DNA from: Lama guanicoe
Taxonomy: Eukaryota
Direction of reading: 5' to 3'
Assembly (NCBI GenBank): GCA_013239625.1
Contig: MU053934.1
Span: 1,023,285 to 1,087,284 of the forward strand
Length of the DNA stretch: 64,000 nt
Shown: positions 1 through 11,380 of the stretch, in pieces
How positions within the stretch are numbered: the stretch's first letter is position 1
Layout: each line of letters starts with the position of its first letter
Position numbers and translations under genes: made by a program
The notes under the pieces: model-generated
What the model was told of the DNA's origin: nothing
Database searches by the model: none
What the model saw: the letters and a program-made list of their open reading frames with translations, nothing else

Positions 1-107
1 TGTCTCCTCCACAGCTAAGCTGCTTTTTTAAAGGAATACTTTGTTCTTTACTCATTTTTGTGTGTTTTTTTTTAAACTCTTTCTGGTTATAAAAAAAAAG
101 TTCACTT

Positions 108-832
108 GTTCATTGACTCAACACTATTTTATTTGTTCCTGTGCTGAGTTACCAGTTGAGGCCCTGGGGAATATAGTGAGTGCAAAAACCCAAATTCCTG
201 CCCTTGTGAGGCTCACATTTTAGGCGGAGGAAATGGATGGTATATAAAGTAATGTAGAGTAGACCAGATGATAATATACCTTATGGAGAAAAATGAAAAA
301 TGGTAGAAGGTGAAGCAAGGCTTAAAGGTAAATTGTGGGACATAGAAGCACTGCACTAAGCAGAGAAAGTGAGGGAGAAGCCGGGGGATACCTGAGGGAA
401 GGGCACCTCGGCAGAGGGAACAGCAAGTGCAAAGGTTAAGAGACACGATCGTATTTAGACGTCTGGGGAGCAGCAGGGAGGTCAGGTGACTAAAGTTAGG
501 TGGGGGAGAGGAGTAGGTTATGAGGTCTGAGTGACATGATCTTGAACTTGGGAGTGGAAGAAATGACCCACAAGGTCATGTAGGACCTTGTAAACAATTC
601 TGCATGGATGTTGTCCTTTATTTTGAGTAAGAAGAAAACTTGTTGGAAAGTTTTGAGTCGAGGACTGTTAATGATTCAATTTACGTATGTAGAGGATCAC
701 TTCAGCTCCTGTGTGGAAAATAAACCATAGGAGGAAGGAGTAGAAACAAGGAAGCTATTGCACACTCACTCCTGAAGATGAAGGAGGCGTGGGCTAGTGT
801 GATCGCGGTAGAGGTGACCAGAAGTGGTTCGT
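108..832 (-). mobile_element. L2 LINE fragment (3' part), interrupted by an MLT1 LTR
   Basis: Begins with the reverse complement of an L2 3' tail (cattgactcaacactatttt...cctgcccttgtgaggctcacattttagg), followed by typical antisense L2 text (gaagggcacctcggcagagggaacagcaagtgcaaagg). Boundaries approximate. Confidence 0.75.
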
Positions 833-1146
833 GATTGTCAGAATAGGCTCCGAGTTGCCACAGTAACAAAGGTGGCATCGAACAACAAAGGTTTATTTCT
901 TGTTGAAGTACATCTGCTTTGGGGAATGTCTGTGGCTCTGACTCATGTCATTTTTACTCCAAGATGCGGGCTGGCAAGATAGTTTCCATCTGAAACAGTG
1001 GCAGCTGTAAAAGAGAGACTGGTCAAAGCAAGTCACAGAACTGCTTCTGAGTTCAACAAGGCAAAGATGAAAACTTCTCCTGCAGGTAGCAGCGTCACAG
1101 GGAAAGAAGTGTGGATGGTTGGAGAATAGTTGTGTAATCCACCACA
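833..1146 (-). mobile_element. MaLR solo LTR, MLT1I/J-like
   Basis: Contains aacaacaaaggtttatttcttg and ggtcaaagcaagtcaca and ends in ...ccaccaca, matching antisense MLT1. It splits the L2. Confidence 0.65.
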
Positions 1147-1478
1147 TGGTCAAATTCAGGTTCTACTTCGAAGGTAGAGGCAACAGATTTGCTATGGATT
1201 GGACCTGAGCTAGTGATAAAAAGAAACGAGTAAAGAATGACCTCCAGGAACTGGCCTAACCCAAGGGGAGGATGGAGTTATTATTTTCTAAGACAAACGT
1301 GATTGTGGGAGGAGTAGGTTTGGGGCATGCTAAGCTCAAAGAGCTACTCATTAGACGTCCAAGTACAGATGTCAAGGATGCAGCTGAATATGCAAGTCTG
1401 AAGTTTGAAGGTGTAGTTCACACTGATGACATTAGCTTGGGAGTCACGTTCAGTGTAGAAAGCATGGAAAATACATAA
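1147..1478 (-). mobile_element. L2 LINE fragment (continuation of 108-832)
   Basis: gaaggtagaggcaacagatttgctatggattgga...attagacgtccaagtacagatgtcaagg is typical antisense L2. Confidence 0.7.
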
Positions 1479-1512
1479 AAGAGTGGGACAAAAAAAGAGA
1501 AAAAAACATACA

Positions 1513-1999
1513 GAACAGCTTTCTTGAGGTATAACTGACACACAAGAAACTGTACATAATAAGTGTGCACAACTTGATGAGTTAGACACATGCAAACACC
1601 TGAGGTACCATCGCCACAGTCGAGGTAATAGACGTACCCAACACATCCCAGCGTTTCCTGGTGTCTTTTTGTTCGTGTTCTGCTTTGTTTCATTTTTGTC
1701 GTACTTAACACAACATGAGATCTATCTTCTTAACAAGCTGTGAAGTGCGCGGTGCTGTATTGTTAACCCACGTTGTGCAGCAGGTCTCTAGAACTTTTTC
1801 ATCTAGGGTGACTAAAATTTTATATTCATTGCATGATAATTCTTCATCCCTCCCAGCTCCTAGTTGCTGGGAATGACTATTCATTCTGTGTCTGTGAATT
1901 GGACTATTTTGGATGCTTACATAAGTGGAATCATACTTATATAAGTATTTGTCCTGTGACTGGATTATTTCACTTAGTATATTATCCTCCAGGTTCACC
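1513..1999 (-). mobile_element. L1 3' end fragment (L1MA10/L1MB-like)
   Basis: acagctttcttgaggtataactgaca...ataagtggaatcatac...tgtgactggattatttcacttagtatattatcctccaggttca is an antisense L1 3'UTR/ORF2 end. Confidence 0.8.
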
Positions 2000-2699
2000 T
2001 TCTCCTCATTGGTCCCTGCGAAGTCTAATGCACACATTCAGAGGGAGAAGATGCAGGCAGCACCCCTGCCAATCCTCTGCCAGGACAGGGGAATTACCAG
2101 TGCGATCGATCTTACAGTCCGGGCCACGCACGGTACCACATTTGGCAGTGCACAGTGTCACCACGCATCGAAACACTGCATAAACGTACATGGGTCTTTC
2201 CCCTCTGCTTCCTCCACGCAGCTGGGCTGGAAGCTAAGCTAGAGCCCACATAACACCTGGCTATTGTGATCCCTTCTCCTCTCTTCCTTGCTTGCACATC
2301 TGACAAACCTGTCATCCTTCTGTTTTCATGGCCAGTGCAGCACGTCAGAGAGCTTATGATTTTAAGATCCATTGGGGCTTGAAAGAAGGTGGAAACCCTA
2401 ATGGGTACATAGATGAGGCTTTTTCTGTAACCTAGTGCTACTAGATTTTTTTTCCTTTGGGGTAAAACACACTGGCTCAATCAATCATGAAGTATTCATT
2501 TTGTTTTTCATTTTCCACTGTTTCTGTAAGTTCCTCAAGAACCTAACAGGGAAGGGGTCACTGGGATGAGGCTAAGATTTGGGTATTCGCAACTTACTTG
2601 GCAATAATGCTATCAGAACCTTGTCCCTTTGTAAGAGAAAAAATTCTTAATATTACAACCACTTACCTATTGCTTGAATGTTATCTTCAACATCTCCTA

Positions 2700-3110
2700 A
2701 AAGCATTCATGCAAGCTGTATTTATCCACCTCCAGTGAAATGATCTCTTTACCTTACAAATCCATTCTTCCATCTTCGCACACTTCAATGAATGAAAAGT
2801 TCCTTTGTGTGTCAAGAGAGGTCTGACCCCCGGTAACTTCCGTCTCATGGCCCTATTGCTACCCCTCAGGGCTAAAATGGAATGAGTTTAACAAGCCTAT
2901 TCCTTTTTAGTGTAACAGCTCTTCAACTTGACTACAGTTCCCTCTGGGTGTGTCAAGGTCTGATAACTCGCGGGAAGGAGATATTCCCAAGTGTTGGCTG
3001 TTTCTCTGTAATTGACTTTTCTGCTCAGTGCTCAGTTCAGACGAGCCACCGTTGATCTGTTGATCTGAGATCCCCTCTGTGTACGAAGTCAAATGGAGTG
3101 CAACAGGTAG
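2700..3110 (-). mobile_element. L3/CR1 LINE fragment
   Basis: acctccagtga...aaagttcctttgtgtg...ggtaacttccgtctcatggccctattgctacccctcagggc resembles a highly diverged antisense L3 consensus. Confidence 0.55.
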
Positions 3111-3359
3111 GGTACAGGTAATGACTGTGAATGGATGTCATGGGTCCTGGTACATCTCCATTTCCCTTGTAATGAAATTGCCCATTCTCAGGGCCCTAAA
3201 GGAGACCTGACTTTGAGACCCAATGATCCTGACAAACGTGGCATTTGCATGCAAATGGTACCCTTGTTAAGGTGCCAGATGGTCAAGTGGTCCCTGGTAT
3301 ATCTTTAGCATCACAATGACAGTGTTTGTACATCACAAGTAAGAAGGCTTTATATTCAT

Positions 3360-3585
3360 TCAGGAGTGAGAGACAGACCTGGTTCAAGTCCTGCTTCTGC
3401 CATTTACTATCTTTTGTGCCCTTGGGCCAGCCACACTGTCTCCCTGAGCCTCATTTTCCTCCTATATTTGCAAACCAGAGAAGAAATACCCTCCCCACAG
3501 TGTTGTTGTTAAGATCAAACAAGTGAAGGAGCTAATGTAATGTAGTGCTTGGCACATAAAAGGTTCCCTAAAAGGTAAGTTATCT
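3360..3585 (+). mobile_element. MIR SINE
   Basis: agacagacctggttcaagtcctgcttctgccatttact...ctgagcctcattttcctc core and gtgcttggcacata tail. Confidence 0.75.
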
Positions 3586-4521
3586 TCTTCAGTTTTTCAG
3601 TTTACAAGGTGGTTTTTTTTTTTTAATATATTGTCTAATGGCATCTAGGATTTACTTGATCTAATTTTTAGCTTTCAGGCAGGGCCACTGCATGTGTAAA
3701 TACACTCTATTCTAGGAAGAAAAACAAACACAAAAACCACTGTAGAGATGATTGTACGACCTGACCCTTGAAAAGTTCTCTGTTCTACCCAGCTTTCATG
3801 ATTCCTACCTCTGTCTCTCCATCTACAAAATGCTTCGACTGAACGAGATGATCGCTAAGGCCTTACACTCTATTCTTACTCTGCAATCTGTTTTATTCTG
3901 TTTTTGAAGAGAAGTGAGGGAAGAACTAACAGTCCTGGAGGACCTCCTCACCTCCAGGGGCTCTGCTGGATACTGTTTAGGATCATTTTAGGCTCTCTGC
4001 CACTCTGTGAGGGAGTTATGATTGCTCCCTTCTCACAGATAGATGGAGAAGGTCGTAGAAATGAATGAACTGGTCAAATCACTCATGATTAGTCAATAGC
4101 AGAGTTTCTGAATTTAGATGAGGACATGGACTCAGGGGAGGGGATGCCCGTCCTGCTACTGAAAGATGCAAGGGTCCTTACGTAACTCAGTACTTTCATC
4201 CCAAAGAGGGAACTTCATGGAGCAGGGAAAGGGTACATAGTCCCAAAAGTTAGGAAACAAAACTTCTAGCTTTTATTCTAGGTCTAAACGGCATCCTGAA
4301 TCATTCTTGCCCAGAAAAACTGAAAAATTACCTGCTATACTTACTTTTACCTTCATGTTCACCCTGAAAAGTATGTGAGCAGGTTCAAGTGAAATTAAAG
4401 ACAGGATATGAGGAGCTGCAGGTCTGGGCTGTAAGGCTCCGTTACTCACTGTGTGACCCGGGGAAGGTTGCTTGCACCTTCTGAATGTCAGCATCTTCAC
4501 CTGTCAAATAAAATGGTTGGA

Positions 4522-4716
4522 CTAGGTTCTTAAACTGTGGCCCCCCTAGACCAGAAGCCTCAGTATCCCCTGGGAACTTACTAGAAATGCAAACTTCAGT
4601 CTCACCCCAGATCTAGTGAATCAGATGGTCTGGTGGTGGAGCCCAATAACCTGTGTTTTTATAAGCCCTCCAGAAGATCTGACGTTGGCAAAGCTGGACT
4701 TTGCCAAAACTGGACT
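4522..4716 (+). mobile_element. MER5A hAT-Charlie non-autonomous DNA transposon
   Basis: ggttcttaaactgtggccc...ctgggaacttactagaaatgcaaac...ccccagatctagtgaatcaga...ctgtgtttttataagccctccag follows the MER5A consensus. The 3' end is degraded. Confidence 0.8.
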
Positions 4717-5339
4717 GGCCAAGTGCTAAGGACTGTCTGCCTCTGGAAGAAATTCTGGCGGGTGTGGATGTCAGGCTGATGCCAGCCCTAGAGAGTGGGT
4801 GAAACTGAAATCTAGGAGAGTGATCAAACTGGTTCCTTAAGGCAGGAGACCCGTCAGTGAATCAGCGTCTTGTCCGTAGAGTCTTCTGCCTCCAAGTTTT
4901 GCCTCTAGCACTCAACCGTGATTTTAACTTGATTCATATTTCTTAACCTCTTTGCCTCTCATTTTTCTCATCTGCAAGTGGTGGGGAGAAGTAAAAATAA
5001 ATTTGGGGGGAACTAAATGTTGCAACTTGTGGGAAGTATCTGGCACCTAGTAAGCCCTCAGTAAGTGGTTACCTAACCTCTTTGGGTATCCCCTATACCC
5101 TTACGGTAAAATCTAATTTTTTTTGGTAAAGTCCCCCTTTATCCAAGTGACTTGGAGTTTTTCTGAGCCAACTCATGCAGGTCCAACCTAAGGAAACCTA
5201 GTGCATTAGATGTGTCATGACCCACAGGACTGATTCTGAGTCTGTTTTCAGCCCAGCAGTTCTGGGTTTGTCCCTCAAGGAAGCTCTCTTTGTAGTTGAC
5301 TGAAACTTTTTTAGGGTGTGTGAGCTATCGGGGCATTTT

Positions 5340-5822
5340 TTAAATAGTAGGAACAAACTTAACAATTTAAGCAAAATAAAAGTAGAAGATATTCTAATAC
5401 AGAAGGACATGGACCATGATCCCAGGGCAGGAAGATGGCCAAGTCCTGGTGGGAGCTGTTGGTAGCAGGGGCCATATTACCACTCTGGCTCTGTGGGTCC
5501 AGTTTCTCTGTTGGCCAGTCCATACGGTGGATAGTAGCCAACCACAGTTCCAGAATTTTCTGGCCATGTGACTTTGCATCCTCTGCCTCTCTCTCCGCCT
5601 CTCTGTTTTCAGGAGTCTTCCTCGCCTACTTCCAAATCCCTGGGGGAAGAGGATCTGGTTGGCTAACTTGAGTCCATTACATCCCACCTCTTGGTCTAAT
5701 CATCTGTGCCCAGAGACACAGAATCACCTTACACACTTAGTTCCTGGGAACCACCCCTAGAGGTGAGAGAGCCATTTATGAAGCTCTTAAAAACTGGGCA
5801 GACCATCAGGGATGTCCACTTT
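5340..5822 (-). mobile_element. MaLR LTR, MLT1K/L-like
   Basis: caaatccctgggggaagaggatctggttggctaacttgagtcca...tcttggtctaatcatctgtgcccaga and a terminal gggcagac...gatgtccact. Confidence 0.55.
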
Positions 5823-6013
5823 AACGAAGATTGGAGAGAAATCTCTCAAATCCTCCTCCGTAAGAACCAGGGCTGCTGATTGCTGGTGAATGCTGAGTAT
5901 GATCAAGATCCTGCCATTTTGTGTCCCGATAAATGGTTATAATTTATAATGCTAGATGTAAATTTCACTTAGAAGAAAAGCTGACTAAACAGACATGGAA
6001 TATGGGAAGGAAA

Positions 6014-6137
6014 TTTTTTAAAACATTTTTTTATTGAGTTATAGTCATTTTGCAATGTTGTGTCAATTTCCAGTGTAGAGCACAATTTTTCAGTTATACA
6101 CGACCATACATATATTCATTATCGCATTTTTTTCGCT
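6014..6137 (-). mobile_element. Young, severely 5'-truncated L1 3' end (camelid-like), with 14-bp TSD
   Basis: ttttttaaaacattttttt-attgagttatagtcattttgcaatgttgtgtcaatttccagtgtagagcacaa. TSD ggaagga(a/c)attttt at 6005-6018 and 6138-6151. Confidence 0.8.
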
Positions 6138-6931
6138 GGAAGGACATTTTTGATTCTACAAACACTTTAAAGAAAAGGACGAATGAGAGTGTTGATTGTT
6201 ATTATTCAACCATTTAAATTTCCTTTACAAAAAAAGATATGTGATTCAGTGGGAAAAAAATAGATTGAAATCAAAATGACACCATTCTGGCTCGGCCTCT
6301 AACACTGATTATCTATATAATCTTGAAGAAGTCATTTATTTTCTTTGGTCCTCAAATCTTCATACATAATGAGAGAATTAAATCTTAGTATCTTCCCAAA
6401 ATTCTATGAGTATGTACTTATGCATACAGAAAATATGAAAGAAATGTAAGTATATGTGTGTGTATGTATCTTCTTATGTGTGTTGGCACATCCACATTCA
6501 CACCTAAATGTGCATCTTAGTTTCTCAAGAGAAAGCAGAATTTCAGGGTAGACAAGGCAAGGTGGCGTAACATAAATTGCTGTTATATTCGGTGTATGTT
6601 ATGCTTAATAGCAGCTTTTTGAATCTCTGTATTATGTAAGGCGGTTCTGCTGCGATGACACTTTTTTTTAGTTTTACGAGAGGTAATTGACACAGAAAAA
6701 TATTTTTACTTAAGGCAAAAAATTGGTGTAATGTTGTGGAAAATATTCTCGGATAAGATTCTTTTCTCACCGGCCATAACGTAGCTGTGAGGAGCTTCAG
6801 TTCCCTCAACTGCAAAGTAAGGAAGTTAGACCTAGTGATGTTCAAGGGCCTTCTCACCTCTGACACCATCTGGGTTTTCTATGATCTGTTAGAGATTCCG
6901 TGACTATGCCAGCATCCTAGGGATGCTGGCT

Positions 6932-7320
6932 TAGTCATGGTCCAGGCAGGAAACACAGAGAACACTCAAAGTGTTTGCTGAGAAAGTTTAATGAAAACAT
7001 TGTTTACAGAAATTTGGGTGGAGTTGAGAGGACCAGCAAGGGATGAGGAAGCAGCCACAGACTAGCAACTATGAGAAGCTATTGCCTTTGACTTAAAGCA
7101 CTGTAATCTCAGGCAGGGAAGCTACCTGAAGCCAGCAGGGAGGAAGCAAGAGATAAGTGCCTGCGTGTCTCACTCCTCCATCCTCAGGCTCCAGCTGGTG
7201 CCTCCCATTGGCTGAAGCCAATAAGAAACCAGAATACAACATGGCCCCAGGATGCAGTCTACCTGCTGGGCAGGAAAGGGCAGATGCCCGATGTGGACTG
7301 ACAAACAGAAACCAGAAGAA
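6932..7320 (-). mobile_element. ERVL LTR, LTR33-like
   Basis: tagtcatggtccaggcaggaaacacaga...agtttaatgaaaacattgtttacaga...gcctcccattggctgaagccaataagaaaccaga. Confidence 0.6.
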
Positions 7321-8059
7321 ATAAAAAAAAGTTCAGTGACTGTCTCTCTACCCCTTGTGCTGTTAGTGCCAGACAAATATATATTCCAGCTGTAACACAG
7401 AATCAGCTCTGCGTCTCTGGCTGCTACCCCCACTGGACGGACAGTGCAGGAGAGCTCCTGGCTGCAGACTCACTGCATTTCCTGGAGGGGAGAGGGGCAG
7501 GGTCCTTGCAGCACTTTCAGGAGGTCCTGGGGCCTGGGGTGGCCTTCTTACGGTTTTCCAAGCCTTTTCCATTCTAAGCTACAGCGAACATAAGAGGACC
7601 CAGCCCACACCACTACCAACTGCAGTCCTGACAATGGCCTTCCCCCCAGCTCTGAGCAGCGCTCTCTTCCTCACAATCCTGCGGTGGGCCATCAGTTTCC
7701 ATAACAAACCTTTCTTCAAGTACTTGTGCCTGATTAACCAGTAGGTGCAGGTGTTTTCCTATTACAGTAACTTCTTTTGAGCTGATTCCTTCCCCTGAAG
7801 TATGCATTTTATCTATCTCCCTGGAAAAAAAAAGAAAACACTATTTAATCTTAGACTCTTAGTCAAACCAGACAGGCAGAAAATCACCTCAAATGGAAGT
7901 GAGCTCTCCTTCCTTCATCAAACCACTTTCCTCTGTTCCTCTCTTTCAGCGTAGTTGTACAGTGTTAACTGGTCCCTCTTTTAATCTCTCCTCCTGTTCC
8001 GTCATGGCTACCTCAGTGGATCTTTGCGTGGTTTTCTCAAAAGCTCACTCCCAGGTAAT

Positions 8060-8528
8060 CTCCTGCTGTGCTCACCACCCGGGGGGCCACACCCTCCCCG
8101 CCATCCTTTGCCCTTCATTGCCAAGTGGTTTCAGCCAATGGGAGGCACTGGCAGAAGACTACAGAGGAGAGAAGCTGGGGCCTCTTTCTCTGGGCTTCTG
8201 GAAGCATCTCCAGCTTTAGCATCTTCTCTTCTGAGATTCAGCTCCTGCGGGGCAGTCCCCATTGCAGTTCCCACTGGAGGGTCTCCAGTTCTGGCCTCTG
8301 TTAGCTCCCTCATCTCCCCATAAGGTTAAAGCCCTTATGAGGCGGGGGTGGGGGTGGGGGTGGCAGCCCCTTTTTCCTGCTGGCACCTCTGAGTTGCCTG
8401 CAGCTGTTGGAACCCTGCAGGGTCTTTCAGCTCTTCTCTCATCTGTGTAACTGATTCCTTGTAATAAATTCCCTCTGCTTTAGATACTTGGAATAGTTTC
8501 TGTGTTCCTGAGTGGACCAGAATGATCC
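8060..8528 (+). mobile_element. ERVL LTR, LTR33/LTR41-like
   Basis: ttcagccaatgggaggcactggcagaaga, an AATAAA at 8463, then attccctctg...gtttctgtgttcctgagtggacc (LTR U5-like end). Confidence 0.65.
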
Positions 8529-10207
8529 ATCATCTTACCCAAGCATGAGGTTGTGGAAAGTGTATTCACGTCCATCACCAAAGACACCTGGGAACAGATT
8601 CAAATACTGCTCCTTTTTTATTGGAGTGACTTTGGGCAAGGTCTGTAGCCTCTAGCCAGTGATATGCATGTCTGTGTCCTAGGAGTTCTGGAAAGATTTT
8701 AAGTGAGTTCATATATATGAAAATGATATTAAAATCATCTGGCACAAGGTGGATACTCAATAACCTAGATTCATCAATATCCACAATAAATAGATTCCTC
8801 TCCTTTCCTGGCCCCAGTTGTGAGTTTCTGGGACTTCAGCTATTTGTGGTTAATGTTTACCGGCTTTATAGTAATGGAAGAATTAGAAGAGGAGTGAAGA
8901 GAACCAAAGGAAGGCAAAGAAGAAGAAAAAACATTGATTGACTGGCTGTTCCATTCCAGGAATTGTGCGAGGTCCCTTAAATGTATCTCCTGACTTAATT
9001 TCCCCCAGAAAAGAGGATTTCCAGAAACGAGAATGGGCCTCTTGGAGGTGCGATATCTTGACGTGTCCAAAGTCATGAAACCAGTGCAGTGATTAGAATC
9101 CAGAACTTGCCACTCCTGGCATCTGAAGTTGTCGTCAGGGATGGAAGACAGGAGGAAAGGAGCTGAACTTCCTCAAAAAGAAAGAAAAGACCCAAATGTC
9201 ACCTCAGGTCTCAAGACAGCACACTCACTCCCTTTTAATCTTGCAAAGCAAATCCAAGAAATGAGGACACAGGAGTTTAAAGAAAGAAAGAAGCAGCAGA
9301 AAGAAATTACGAGACATGTGATGAGCTGGAGACCTGGGAGAGCTGGGGAGTGATAAGGAGGTGGTGCAGGAAGCCAGCGGTGACAGGGTCGAGATAAGGA
9401 GCTGCGTCTCTAATAGAGATTCCGCCCCCCCCCCGCCCCAGTTCTCAGAAAATTCTATCTCCAGAACCTGTCTGGGGAACAGGTGAGGACAGAAAAAGAA
9501 ATGGAGGTGGGGAGGCAGGCAGAAGGGAGCTGCTGTCTCAAGGACATCCTCAGGTTTGGAGGCCATCTAGCTCGCTCTTGACCTCCGAATGCCCTCCTTT
9601 TCACAGGAACTGTAAGAAATGGACCATTATATGGCAGATTCAGTACTTCCCTCTTCAAAGAAAATACTTTCTATATCCAGCAAAGAAGACAGTCATGGGC
9701 CATTGGTTTCTAAAACTGCTACTTCCGCTCCAAAAGCCTTCAAAGGAAGAAGCTGCCCACAGTCGACCCTTCTCAGAGGGTAACAAAGACAGAAGCTGTC
9801 TTTGGGGAGTTTCAGATTCAGCGGGGCTTTGCAGCACACCTATCCCATGCCAGGCTCGAGGTCTTGGTGCTTTCCCATGCGCTCTCTCATCTCATCGTCC
9901 CAGCCACACCCTGAGAAGGACTTTACCCTCTCCTGGTTTAATAGAGCAGGACACTGAGTGTCAGAAGAGAGACATGACAGCCCAGGGTCAAACAGCAAAT
10001 GATGGGAATCTGAGTCTTCTGGTTATTTCCGGAGGTGGTGGGCACATGCACTAGTGATGTGCAAGAGGCAGGTGTCACGTGCATAAACCTCCAAAATAGT
10101 ATTTTAGGATTTATGGATTTGTGTCATCATAAATTTGATTATATTAGAAAAAAAAACTTCTATATAACCAGAACACTATACCTCATTTACTATCGGTAAA
10201 TAGGTAT

Positions 10208-10834
10208 CTGGAGATGTGATCATCAGCTCTGCTGGCCCTCCACCGCTCAGGACTAGTCCTGAGGCCACATCTAGGGAGCTAAACTCTGTCCGCGTGCCTG
10301 GGATACTGTTGCCTTGGAAGAAGTTAGATACATGTTAAATTTAATTTAAAAAATAGGGAGCTTATAAAAATAAAGGGTTCACCAATGCAATACTAGCAAA
10401 TATTTTTATAGTGCTTACTATAAAGTGACCACAGTCTAAACTAGATAGAGATTTGTGTGTATAATTCATTCTTATGGGTTGGGTAGTATTATTTTTTTGC
10501 ATTTTGCAAATGAGGAAACAGGCACAGAGAGCTCAAGTAACTTGCTCAAGGTCACACAGCTAGTGAGCAGCAAGGCTGGGATTTTAACTGAGGTAGTCTG
10601 GTTCCAGAGTGTGTGCTGCTGAGCCTCTGGTTATGCCCTAATGTCTGAAGTTTGTAGTTGTTCTATTGTGAACTCCAAGTATGGCAGAAACGTTGTCCCC
10701 CAATACATCTGCCCTTCTTCCAGAATCATGGAATTTGACGCCAGGCACGTGGACAGAGTTTAGCTCCCTAGATGTGGCCTCAGGACTAGTCCTGAGCGGT
10801 GGAGGGCCAGCAGAGCTGATGACCACATGTCCAG
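10208..10834. repeat. 94-bp inverted repeat (arms 10208-10301 and 10741-10834, 3 mismatches, 439-bp spacer containing a MIR)
   Basis: The reverse complement of 10741-10834 aligns to 10208-10301 with 91/94 identity and no gaps. Confidence 0.97.
10395..10640 (-). mobile_element. MIR SINE
   Basis: attttgcaaatgaggaaacaggcacagagagctcaagtaacttgctcaaggtcacacagctagtgag is the antisense MIR core. Confidence 0.85.
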
Positions 10835-11219
10835 TTCTTGGCCTTGCTTTCCTCTTTCCCGCTGCTCCCAGGATGAAATGGGGAGGGTGCTGGGGGCAGC
10901 TTGGACCGTTCAGATGTGGCTACTTCCCAGGGAAGCCAGAGCGAAAAGAGAGAAAGAGCCTGGCCTCCTGGTGGCTCTGCGAAGTTCTTTCAGCTCAGTC
11001 TTCATGTGAGAAAGAATAAACCTTCATCCTGGTTTGGAGTCTCCATCACATGCATCCAAACCTGCATCCTAATACTTATCAGAGGCCTGTAGCTGTCTTG
11101 CAGATCCTTGGAAGTGTAGCCTGTTATTGGCAGAATTTGTCCAACAGGCTTATGTGGAAGCAATCTAAACTTAACACTATCCTTACACAGAATAATAATA
11201 ATAATTATTATTATTATTA

Positions 11220-11380
11220 ATATTATTACTATGTGCCAGGCACTTTTCTAAGCACTCTACGCATTTTAACTCATTTATTCTTCACACTGAGAAAAATACT
11301 ATATTTGTCCCATTTTACAGTTGAAGAAACCAAGCTGCAGGGAATGTAAGGTCTTCCCAAAGCACTGATATATAAATGGC
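11220..11380 (-). mobile_element. MIR SINE
   Basis: tactatgtgccaggcacttttctaagcact...cccattttacagttgaagaaacc. Confidence 0.75.

Noticed and set aside
2020..2330. Locally CpG-richer segment with overlapping ORFs, considered as a processed pseudogene or exon
   Set aside because: None of the frames I translated resembles a protein I recognise, and there is no poly-A tail, TSD or convincing splice-site pair.
6932..8528. Two LTR33-like LTRs considered as the ends of one provirus
   Set aside because: They are in opposite orientations, highly diverged from each other, and have no internal gag/pol sequence between them.
9578..10054. 158-aa ORF
   Set aside because: Non-ATG start, runs into MIR/L1 remnants, no domain-like features.
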